Positions 12,001-21,892 of a stretch of 64,000 bases of DNA are shown in pieces. Origin of the DNA: Sphyrna mokarran (lineage: Eukaryota); the NCBI GenBank assembly GCA_024679065.1, contig JAGIQG010000043.1:1240001-1304000 (forward strand), in the 5' to 3' direction. The notes under the pieces were generated by a model. That model did no database searches, had not been told where the DNA came from, and saw only the letters and a program-made list of their open reading frames with translations. A program made the position numbers and the translations under genes. Each line of letters starts with the position of its first letter. Position 1 is the stretch's first letter.

Positions 12001-13422
12001 GAGGTAAGAACCATTTCTTCAGACAAGGAGAAGTGGAATTTTGCAATAATCCTTACTGGAAAGTTTGGATGGAACAATTGGTGCACTGGAACTTACAGAA
12101 CTGAGATGGATAGATTGTTGTTCGGGAGTGCATTAAGGATGGCTTGTGGGGTGGTAGTTGGCTGCATGTGAGCTAAACCACCGATCTGCCATGATCAGTA
12201 TTGGGCGGCATGGTGACACAGTGGTTAGTGCTCCAAACACCTGGTCTTGGCTAACTGTCTGTGTTGAGTTCACGCATTCTTCCTGCGCCTGTGGGTATTC
12301 TGATTTCCTCCCACAATTAACTCGACTAAATTGCCCTCAGTGTGCTCAAATTGGAAGACTGGGTAAATACATGGGGTCATAGGGTCATCTTTCGATGAGC
12401 TTTTGCAGACTCAATGGGCCAAATGTAGAGGTAAATTTGATTGGCCATGCCAAATTTCACTTAAAGTCTAAACATATGCATGTTTGATGTTTTAGCCATG
12501 CTAAATTTCCCATTAGTATCTAAAGATGTGCAATTTAATTGGACTGGTCATGGCCATTTCCCTTGGGTCTAAAAATGCATAGTTTAGATGAATTAGCCAT
12601 GCTAAATTGCAACACGGTGCCCAAAAATGTGTGCATTCGATGGATTAGCCGTGTTCTTTGCCTCTCGTGTGAAAAGATGTCTAAGTTAGATTGATTGACC
12701 ACGCTATTTATCCCTTGGCCTCTGAAGGTATGTAGGTTAGATGGAGTAGCTGTACTATCATGCCCCTTAGTTCAAAAAGTGTGTAAAATAGGTGGACAGG
12801 TCATGGTAATAGTCCCTTAGTTGGCATAGATACGTACGTTAGGTAGATTAGCTATGATAAACACGTGAGGAGATGAGTGGAAGGCGGGGGAGAGGGAACG
12901 GACAAGATTCTCCATCACAGTCATTGCTGACTTGACGGGCTGAATGGCCTTTTCAGCTCCATCAGAATTGTAAGTTTATGTTTGTTCAATAGTCTCACTT
13001 ATCCCTGTAATGACTGTGCAGATTACGTTCATAGAATCATAACATCCCAAGGGTGCAGAAAGAGGCCATTTGGCCCATAGAACCTGAACCGATATCAAAT
13101 CCAACAGCTGTTTCCCATGTCTTTAACCTACAAATCCTGCTGACACTACGGGTCAATATAGCATGAGTAATCAACCTAACCCGCACATCTTTGCACTGTG
13201 GGAGGGAACAGGAGCACCTGGATGAAACCCATACAGACACGGGGAGAAGGTGTAAACTGCACATAGTCACTTAATGCCAAAACTAAACCCGGGTTCCTGG
13301 TGTTGTAAAGCACTGGCTAATCACCGTGCTACACAATGTAAAATGTATTCCACTAACAAATTATTTTTAATCCACAGACAGTATATGCTCGTCTACCCTT
13401 CAACGAGGATTCCATACTCTAA
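5992..13422 (+). CDS. Gene A: non-rearranging antigen-receptor-like IgSF membrane protein (leader-VJ-C1-TM-cytoplasmic YxxL), 303 aa; exons 5992-6034, 8079-8417, 8595-8900, 10496-10615, 10750-10808, 13378-13422
   Basis: All junctions are GT/AG with compatible phases (1,1,1,1,0); joined CDS is 912 nt with no internal stop; V-set and C1-set motifs, hydrophobic TM, TVYARL motif. Confidence 0.85.
6568..7385 (-). repeat. SINE with internal ~52-bp unit tandemly amplified (gene A intron 1)
   Basis: gacact..ggcaatttagcatgg..aatc..cctaac..cacatctttg units starting 6881, 6933, 6984, 7036 and onward. Confidence 0.8.
8079..8417 (+). CDS. Gene A exon 2, germline-joined VJ-type Ig V domain
   Basis: VSQSP, KLSC, WYKQ, GRFS, YSLII, DSGMYYC and J motif FGNGSKLVIT in one exon; pyrimidine tract+ccag acceptor; ACAG|gtacat donor. 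Confidence 0.95.
8595..8900 (+). CDS. Gene A exon 3, C1-set Ig constant domain
   Basis: PPNILLLTPP, LLCLVRGLSP, ISWN, DGTYTVSSYISL, ETWSNG, CTC; ttag acceptor, AGAG|gtaaat donor. Confidence 0.93.
9140..9720. repeat. CT-rich low-complexity tract ending in poly-C
   Basis: Directly visible. Confidence 0.8.
9822..10436 (+). mobile_element. CR1 LINE 3' fragment in gene A intron 3
   Basis: CVQFWSPHYKKDVEALERVQRRFTRM ORF and conserved 3'UTR. Confidence 0.9.
10496..10615 (+). CDS. Gene A exon 4, connecting peptide with Cys plus transmembrane helix
   Basis: DPPLPTNC-IFLISGALAVVTLLLLGLVVVVM-RR; ttttgcag acceptor, AGAG|gtagcc donor, phase 1-1. Confidence 0.88.
10750..10808 (+). CDS. Gene A cytoplasmic exon (GTAHSGEELTGSREQKQNQE)
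   Basis: cttctttctaatag acceptor, GAG|gtgaat donor, open in the required phase. Confidence 0.7.
10948..11770 (-). mobile_element. Old CR1 3' fragment in gene A intron
   Basis: LEKVQRRFSRMVPG in ORF 11309-11665. Confidence 0.75.
12204..12980 (+). repeat. SINE(s) with tandem ~52-bp internal units
   Basis: Repeated gatgtg..ttagatggatt.gccatgctaaatt..ccttag units. Confidence 0.78.
13030..13335 (-). mobile_element. HE1/V-SINE-type element
   Basis: Reverse-complement match to the other copies; catagaat tail. Confidence 0.78.
13378..13422 (+). CDS. Gene A terminal exon TVYARLPFNEDSIL* (ITIM/ITSM-like)
   Basis: ctaac branch point, ttaatccacag acceptor, phase 0 gives TxYxxL then TAA; ATTAAA downstream near 13600 and 13722. 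Confidence 0.72.
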   Translation, partial: TVYARLPFNEDSIL

Positions 13423-14714
13423 CTGGAGAAGAAAGATGGAAGGCTTGCTGCGTGATTCCTTGCTATCTGGTGTGTCGGAACTTGAGCTATTCTTGCACAC
13501 ACAGCTTTAAACTTCCAACTTCAGGCAGATTTTCTTCTCAATTTTTTCAATGGTGTCCAATTGGAAACTAAATTTTCTCCTCATACGCACAATTCCACAA
13601 TTAAATACTGCTTGCAGTTCAACTTGCGCCTTTATAATTTCTAGTTCCTAATTTCCGACATCGGCATTCACAATTCCACGCTGCATTTTATACAGTTTGT
13701 GAGCAAATCCTAAAGAAATACATTAAAGCAGGATTTGAATATCATTTAAGCTGTGTGATTCCAGTTTCTTTAAGGGTTCAGACGAAATGTGTTTCGGGCG
13801 TTTCTTCAGCGAACTAACAAAAACACATTTGAAGTGAATCTTGCGTGCATCGAAAGTGGGATTAAGGACTGCGCGAAAAAGAATGAAACATACTGTTCAC
13901 AGAATGTAGATTTGATATGTTCTGATTTGTAATTGTCATGCATTTTGGGATACAGTGAAAAGTATTGTTTCTTGCGTGTTATACAGGCAATCCATACCAT
14001 TCGTAGAATAAACAGGGGACAAGGAAAATAGTGGTTGCTGAATGTACTGTTTTAATCACCTCTAGTGAAGGGTCAACTTGATCGAAGATTGATCTAGTTC
14101 AATGTCTGATAGGAGCATGGAAGAAGCTGAAATTGATTTTGTCATTTATTTTCCGATTAACGAAGATAAAAGAGAGTATGCCGGGGGTGCACGGGGTTCC
14201 TGATTATGTTGGCTGCTATTCCAAGCAACAGGAAGTGCAGACGGGTCAATAGATGGGAGTCTGGTTTGCGTGATGGACCTGGGCTATGTTCACCGCTCTC
14301 TGTCGTTTCTTTCTGTAGCAAGCTGAGGTACATCCAGAAAGGATACCTTCCATGGTGCATCTGTGAAAATTGGTGAGAGCCGTAGAGGAAATGCGAACGT
14401 AAAGGAGTTGCTTGGATTTCTTTAATTATCGGTAATTGGACATAATTGGAACGCCATTAAGTCATTTTTTTGTACCAAAGACCATTATTCAAATTTAGAC
14501 TAACTGTGCTCATTTGCGTTCCTCCATTGCACAACGAGGAAATTGTGAACCTGTCATCGGTACTGACAGGGTTTCTGTGAATGATAGCAGGTTTGAGATG
14601 TCAGAAATAACAGGAATGGAAAGCATGCTGGAACATTGGTTCCACAAGAAGACAAGGCAAAGGGTAACAGAATCGATATCTTAAAGATTAGATCAGCAGC
14701 ATTATCTCTATTTC

Positions 14715-17700
14715 TAGGGAGGTGGTGGCCAACTATTATAATCAGTAGCTATTAATCTAAGAGCTCAGGTAATATTCTGAAAGCACAGGTTCGAATCTGG
14801 CCACGCCAGATAAAAAAAAATCATTAAAAAAAAACTGAAAATAAGAATTTACTGATGACCGTAGAACATAGAACACAGAGCAATACAGCACAAACAGGCC
14901 CTTCGGCCCACGAGTTGCGCCAATCACATCTACCAATCCACAGACATATCTATAACCCCCTATTCTATTCTTTTCCATATACTCATCCAGAAGTCTCTTA
15001 AAAGACCTCAGTGAGTTTGCCTCAACAACCTCCGATGGCAGTCAGTTCCATTCACTCACCACCCTCTGAGTGTAAAACCTACCCCTAACATCTCCTTTGT
15101 ATTTGCTTCCCTGCACCTTAAATCTGTGTCCTCTCGTAGTGACCATTTCAGCTCGGGGAAATAGTCTCTGAGAGTCCACCCTATCTATTCCTCTCAACAT
15201 TTTATAAACCTCTATCAGGTCGCCTCTCAACCTACGTCTCTCCAGTGAGAAGAGTCCGAGCTCCCTCAACCTATCTTCATAAGGCCTGCCTCCCAATCCA
15301 GGCAGCATCCTTGTAAATCTCCTCTGAACCCTCTCAATAGCCTCTACATCCTTCCTATAATGAGACGACCAGAACTGCGCACAATACTCCAACTGGGTTT
15401 TGACAAGAGTCTTATAGAGCTGCATCATTACCTCCCGACTCCTAGACTCTATTCCTTGATTAATGAAGGCCAAGCACACCGTACGCCTTCTTGACCACTT
15501 CCTCCACCTGTGAGGCCGATTTAAGAGTCCTATGGACCCGGACCCCGAGATCCTTCTGCTCTACAACACAGCTAAGACTCCTACCCTTTATATTGTACTT
15601 CTTCATCCCATTATTCCTGCCAAAATGGACCACTACACATTTATCTGCGTTGAAGTCCATCTGCCACTTCTCCGCCCAGTCTTGCATCCTGTCTATGTCC
15701 CGCTGCAACTTTTGGCATCCCTCCAGACCATCCACAACACCACCAATCTTTGTATCGTCGGCGAACTTGCTAACCCATCCCTCCACTTCCTCATCCAGGT
15801 CATTTATGAAAATGACAAACAGCAGGGGTCCCAGAACAGATCCCTGGGGCACTCCACTGGTTACCGACCTCCATGCAGAACAAGACCCACCCACAACCAC
15901 TCTCTGCCTTCTGCCGGCAAGCCAGTTCTGGATCCACGAGGCCAAAGCCCCTTGGATCCCATGCCCTCTCACCTTCTCCAGAAGCCTTGCATGTGGGACC
16001 TTATCAAACGCCTTACTAAAGTCCATGTACACTACGTCCACCGCCCTTCCTTCGTCAATGTGTTCAGTCACATTTTCGAAGAACTCACCTAGGCTCGTAA
16101 GGCATGAACTGCCCTTGACAAAACCATGCTGACTATTTCTAATCAGTCCAAACTTCTCCAAATGTTCATATATCTTATCCCTCAGAAGCCTCTCCATCAG
16201 CTTACCAACCACTGAAGTCACACTCACCGGTCGGTAATTTCCTGGGCTATCCCTGTTCCCTTTCTTGAAGATAGGAACCACATCCACAATCCTCCAATCC
16301 TCCAGAACCTCTCCCTTTTCCATGGACGACGCAAAGATCATCGCCAAGGGCTCTGCAACCACTTCCCTCACCTCCCACAATAACCTGGGGTACGCCGGGA
16401 CATCTGGTCCCGGCGACTTGTCTACCTTGATAGAAATAACAGGTCTAACACATCCTCTTTCCTAACATCCACATACTCAATCTTTTCCGTATGCCGCAAA
16501 CCTGCAGTGCAATCTCCCAGTTCACCTTCCACCGTGAATACCGAGGCAAAGTATTCGTTAAGCACCTCTGCCATTTCTTCCGGCTTCACACAGACTTTTC
16601 CCCCTTCACCTTTTATTGGCCCTATCCCTTCTCTTCTCAACCTTTTACATTTCACATATTTGTAGAAGGCCTTGGGATTCTCCTTAATCTTACCTGCCAA
16701 GGCCTTCTCATGACCCCTTCTGGCTCTCCTAATTTCCTTTTTAAGTTCCCTTCTACACACCTTATACTCCTTTAGATCCCTAACATCCCCTAGCTCTCTG
16801 AACCTTTTATATACCATTTTTTTCTTCCTAACTAGGTTCACCACTACCTTCATGCACCACGGCCCCCTACCAGAGCCTCCTTGACTCCTCGGAACGTTGT
16901 CTTGCAAGTGCCCTAAAGAAACATTCCTTGAAAAACCGCCACTTCCCTTCTGTACTCTTCCCCAAGAACACCTCCTTCCAGTTTATGCATCCAATTGCCT
17001 GCCTAATGTTTCCATATTTCCCCTTACTCCAGACCTACACCTTCCTAGCCTGCCTGATCCTATTTCTTTCCATCGCTATCGTGAAAGAGATAGAATTATG
17101 ATCTTCATTCCCAAGATGCTCACCAACCGTGAGATCCGACACCTGCCCTGGCTCATTCGCAAGCACCAGGTCAACTACAGCCTCTCCTCTCGTAGGCTTT
17201 TCCACGTACTGTGTCAGGAAACCTTCCTGAACACACCTAACAAACTCCATACCATCTAAACCCCTTACCCTTGGGATATTGCAGTCGATGTTTGGGAAGT
17301 TGAAATCTCCCATCACGACAACCCTGTTATTTCTACATCTGTCTAGGATCTGTTTCCCTATCTGCACCTCAAGTTCCCTGTCGCTATTGGGCGGCCTATA
17401 GAATACACCCAGCAAAGTTATCGAGCCTTTGCTGTTCCTAACTTCCACCCACAGAGACTCTGTAGACAATCCCTCCCCGTCTTCCACCTTCTCTACAGCC
17501 ATGACACTGTCCCTGATCAACAGTGCCACACCACCTCCTCTTTTGCCCCCAACCCTGTCCCTCCTGAAGCACCTGAATCCCGGCACCTGAAGTACCCAGT
17601 CCTGTCCCTGAGACAACCAAGTCTCTGTAATGGCCGCCACATCACACTCCTAAGCAGCAATCCACGCCCTAAGCTCATCTACCTTATTTACTACACTCCT

Positions 17701-18050
17701 GGCATTAAAATAGACACACCTCAGCCCCTCAGTCAGGATATTTCCCTTTTCCACCACTTGCCTAACCCCCCTCTCAGGGTGCCTACAGTCCTTCCCTACC
17801 TGGAAACTAACCTCCTTATTCACCGTCCTATCGGTATTCCCACCGTGAAACCATTGTTGATTGTCAGGAGATAATTTAAATCAGGAGTTTATTTAAATCT
17901 TTTTTGGGAAGGAAATCTGCAGTCCTTAAGCAGTCTGGCCTACATGCGACCTTAGACTACATCAACGCGTTTGAGCTTGAACTGCCCTCCAAATACAATC
18001 AGGGATGGGCAGTGAATGTTGGCCAGACAGCGACACAATGTCCTACAGAT
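14715..18050 (+). mobile_element. Second SINE family (Deu-domain/SacSINE1-like) split by the CR1 at 14863-17841; related copies near 4870, 29460-30300 and 50530-50870
   Basis: gatgaccgt|gaaaccattg..gaaggaaatctgc..tctggcctacatgcgac..gatgggca..aatgttggcc; family name is from memory of the consensus. Confidence 0.6.
14863..17841 (-). mobile_element. CR1 LINE ORF2 (endonuclease + RT), 5'-truncated, with 5-bp TSD accgt
   Basis: ORFs 17035-17640, 16422-16907, 15460-16380, 15042-15479; accgt at 14858-14862 and 17842-17846. Confidence 0.93.
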
Positions 18051-18360
18051 TGTTAAATACGTCGGGATTTAAATTTTTAAAAGGATTACCCAGAACATTC
18101 AGTATGCATCTGACTTACAATCGGAAAAGAAAAATGTTGATTATATTCTACCATTTGGGTGCTGTCGCTCACAAACACTGAGGTATTTCAATCAAATATT
18201 GTGTTCACCCCAACACGGCCCACAATGGTGTCATACTTTCCATTGCTCAATTCGTCATAGTTTCCACCCAAACTGATAAACTCCAACTCAGTAGGAGTCA
18301 GATCAGGTCAGTCTTCAGAAGCTACGCAGTGAGACAGAGTACAAGGAAAACTCTACCAGC

Positions 18361-18415
18361 ATGGTCCAGGAATTTTTATCTCTGATACTTGTATTCCAAG
18401 TATTGCGGCTTCACT
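18361..18415 (+). CDS. Gene B leader exon MVQEFLSLILVFQVLRLH
   Basis: agcATGG start, hydrophobic core, strong CACT|gtgagt phase-1 donor. Confidence 0.65.
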
Positions 18416-18616
18416 GTGAGTGCGGGGCGGGTGTGAGTTTTAAGCGGAAGCATTTTTTATACACTAGCATTTTAATTTTCCAAGGTGAAAACAAGAGCCA
18501 GTGTTTAGGTGAAGGAATTTGATCTGATTATATCAACTCATTATTGGTTCCATTCCCAAAGCAGATAAAGTAATGAATAAATGGAACCAACAATATTTAC
18601 AAATAACAATGATATT

Positions 18617-18905
18617 GGTGATACAGTGGTCAGCACGGCTCTCTCACAGAACCATGGACGCGGGTTCGATTCCCGGCGGGGATCACTGCTTTGAGGGGTT
18701 TGCACCTTCGTCCTCGTGTCTGCGTGGATTTTCTCCGCGTGCCACAATCTAATAGATATGCTGGTTAGGTGCAATGGCTATGTTAAATTCTTCCTCGGTT
18801 TACCCGAACAGGCACTACATTTTGGTGGACTGGCCGATTTTCACGGTAACTTCTTTGCAATACCCGTGTAAGCCTGTCTAGTGTGAATAATAAGTAAACC
18901 TTAAA
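18617..18905 (+). mobile_element. tRNA-derived SINE (A-rich aataaa tail subfamily) in gene B intron 1
   Basis: cagtggtcagcac..gggttcgattcccgg head; similar copies near 19915-20200 and 24540-24825. Confidence 0.75.
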
Positions 18906-18994
18906 CTTCAATTACTTGCGAAGTTTTCTGTAAAGGGTGGCTTCAGATATTTTAGTTCTTGGTTATAATATAATAACAATTTCTCCATTTACAG

Positions 18995-19324
18995 AATCCA
19001 AGTCCTTTCTGTCTCAAAACTCTTTGACAGTAACAGCTGAAGTGGGCCAGATGGTGGAGTTACCCTGTCATTGAAGTGCATATGAAGTGGATCTGGTGTC
19101 TAACTACGCTTGGTGCAAGCAGCGTTTGGGTGAATCTCCGGTACTAATAAACACCTCATCCTGTACTGGGCCCGACTGTAAGTTTATTTCTGAAAAAGGC
19201 AATCCAAGAAATGTATTAATTTTGAAAATTCACAATGTTCAGGTGAATGATTCGGGTTCCTATTACTGTACATATAAAGCTGGATATGGACCGCTCCAGA
19301 ATGGGCCCACACTAGTGGTTGGAG
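18995..19324 (+). pseudogene. Gene B VJ-type V exon with in-frame stop
   Basis: LSQ, GQMVELPCH*, WCKQ, LKIHNVQVNDSGSYYC, degenerate J (LQNGPTLVV); ttacag acceptor, GGAG|gtaaga donor. Confidence 0.88.
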
Positions 19325-19415
19325 GTAAGAGAGCAAAATAAGTGTATTCAGATTGAGCACAGCATTTCCATTTGCGTCTAAGTTAATTATTCACTGTGTC
19401 CCAATCTCTGTCCAG

Positions 19416-19745
19416 ACAGTTCCACCAACAAGACGGCTGTGCAGGTATTTGCCCCGCCGGGTGAGCTGGATTTGAATAATTCCGTGCCTTTAGTGTGTTT
19501 GGTCAGTAGAGTTTCCTCCAACCAGATCGCTATTTTCTGGAATATTTCCGGCCTGGTCACTGAGGGATCGCGTGATGTTGGGATAATGCACGAGGACGGA
19601 ACCTACAACATCAGAACTCATGTCACAGTGTCGGGGGATACTTGTAGAAGTGGCACTGTCTGTACTTGCATTGTTCAACTGGGAATTCCAGGAGGACACT
19701 GGACAAAGAGTGTGTTATTCCCCGAAGCAGCGGAGACTGGGACAG
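19416..19745 (+). CDS. Gene B C1-set domain exon
   Basis: VQVFAPP, VPLVCLV, IFWN, DGTYNIRTHVTV, CTC; clearly homologous to gene A C1; tccag acceptor, ACAG|gttcgt donor. Confidence 0.9.
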
Positions 19746-20356
19746 GTTCGTTCTTAATGTCTTTGATAATTATTTGAATTCAACTCAGTTGACATAATGT
19801 ACCAGATACAAAAAAAGTGAAGTTTGTGAAATAAGTAGGATAAATATCCAAATTTTAATTACTTAACCCCCTAGCCCGGTCGCATTCCCCCATCAACTCA
19901 GAATACGGATGACAGAGCACCACAGAGGTGCGCACTGCTGCCTTAGATCGACATGGATCCCGGTTCAATTCCTGGCTTGGTTCACTGTCTGTGCAGGCAC
20001 TGCATGCACACCCCGTGTCTGTGTGGGTTTCCTCCGGGGGCTTTTTTTTCTCACCGTTCGGAAATCGCGCTGATTAGTTGCATTCACCATGTTAAATTGT
20101 CTCTCATTATACCTTAACGGGCGCCAGAGTAGCGGATTTTTACAGAAACTTCATTTCAAAGTTCACGTAAGGCTATTTGTGATACTAATAAATGCACTTA
20201 AATTCATCTGGTTTCCTGGATGAAAAGTATTCGTGAATCTGCCTCCACCACCTTTTCAAATAGTAGGTTTTGAAATTCAGTTGGTGTTTGTCCCATCCTG
20301 GATGAGCTTTGTTGTCAAAGAGAGAAAAAAAAAACGACTGTTTACTTTCTAAAATT

Positions 20357-20423
20357 CATTTCCTCTTTGAGGCATTATTTTAATTTCCTGGAACCGCACT
20401 TAAATATCTCGAGTTTCAGTTTT
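20357..20423. promoter_or_regulatory. Candidate intronic immune enhancer (ETS/PU.1, STAT GAS, RUNX, ISRE-like)
   Basis: catttcctctttg 20357-20369; TTCCTGGAA 20385-20393; AACCGCA 20392-20398; AGTTTCAGTTTT 20412-20423; motif match only. Confidence 0.4.
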
Positions 20424-21693
20424 ATTTTCAATTCATAATACCTGCAATCCAATCACATTAAAGTCAGGACCAACAGTAGGGCCGAATTTGGGTTTATTGA
20501 TTATTTTACGCTATTTGATTTTCTACATCAAATATATTTTATACCAGATGTTATATATCTGGAACATGTCAGGAAGAACATTAGAAGAATACGTGACAAT
20601 GCAATTCACAACTGGAATTGCATGTCGAATCGGTGGTGAGAGATATGCAGGACTGCAAAGGAAAATTAGGCCGTGTTGAAATATTCTAATAGACCTTTCA
20701 GCGGCACATTGCGGACACTTTTGATCCGTATAATTACCCGAATCAGTTTTCAAATAATTATTGTCGTGTTGCTTTTATGATGCAATCTGTTACACTCTGA
20801 ATTTAGAACTATTTTGCTAGGCCTGTCAGATCATTCGTCCCTAATCACAAACATCATGTCATGCATTCCATCCTGTACGTTCATGCCTTGCTAGCAATTG
20901 CATGCAATGTTTAACTCCGCAGTTTGAGGTAATCACTTTTTTATTCTTATTTACATTTGTGGGACCTGGGAGTCGCTTGTAAGGCCAGAATTTATTACCC
21001 ATTCTTAGTTGCCTTCGAGCTTTCTTGGTGAGTTGCCTTCCTCCAAAGCTGAAGTCTACCTGATGTGAGTTGACCAAATGTACTGTCAGGGAGGAAATTC
21101 CAAGATCTTCACTTAGTGACTGTGAAGGATCAGCGCTTATTTTCAAGTCAGGACAATGAGTGGTTTGAGCGGAACATACATGCGGCAGTGCTCCCGTGTA
21201 TCTGCTGTTGTCCTGCCAGTTGGAAGTGATCATGAGTTAGGAAGGTGATGTCTAAAGATGTTGTAGACATTACACGCTGCTGCCCCAGAACGCCGGATGA
21301 TGCAGGAAATGTGTTTGGAGTCAATTAAATGTCTTGTTTTAACCTGGATGGTATCAAGCTTCGTGAATGTTATTGGAGCTAAACCAATTAGGCAAGTAGT
21401 AAGTACTCCATCACTCTCCTGACTTCTGCCTTGTAGATGGTAGAGAGGCTTTGAGGAGTCATGAGGTGATTTACTCGCCGTAGAATTCCCAGCCTCTGAT
21501 CTATGTTGCAGCCATTGTATTTAAGTAGCGAGTTCTTAACTTCAAAGAATTTGCCAATGGATGATTCATTGATGGTAACGCCAATGAATGTCAAGGGACA
21601 TTGGCTCGAGTGTCTGGTTCTCTTTCCTTTCCCTGAAATGCTAAAGAAAGTTATTTGACCCAGCAACAGTTTCTAAGTGTTTTCTCTTTCTAG

Positions 21694-21795
21694 AATGGTG
21701 CCATCTGGGTCATTCAACTGTCATAACGGTCCTGGTGATCCCGATTCTACTCTTGGTCTTTCTTTCTATTTGGATTTGGAAGAGTGGTAGATCAG
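21694..21795 (+). CDS. Gene B connecting peptide with Cys plus TM exon
   Basis: EWCHLGH-STVITVLVIPILLLVFLSIWIW-KSGRS; tttctctttctag acceptor, TCAG|gtgagg donor. Confidence 0.85.
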
Positions 21796-21892
21796 GTGAG
21801 GAATAATGTTCAGGAGGAACAATGTCATTATTGTTCATCCAGTGCGATTCTCCTTGTAGTTTTCTATTGCTGATCGCACTGTCTTGTTTCAG

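Noticed and set aside
15491-16132. Long antisense ORFs over CR1 RT (also 52481-52951 and 62398-62724)
   Set aside because: Shadow ORFs of LINE coding sequence
19072-19074. TGA as selenocysteine or programmed readthrough
   Set aside because: Framework position normally holds a hydrophobic residue, no SECIS recognised, and a second stop arises at the leader/V junction
18412-19398. CACTGTG heptamers at 18412-18418 and 19392-19398
   Set aside because: No GGTTTTTGT-like nonamer at 12 or 23 bp
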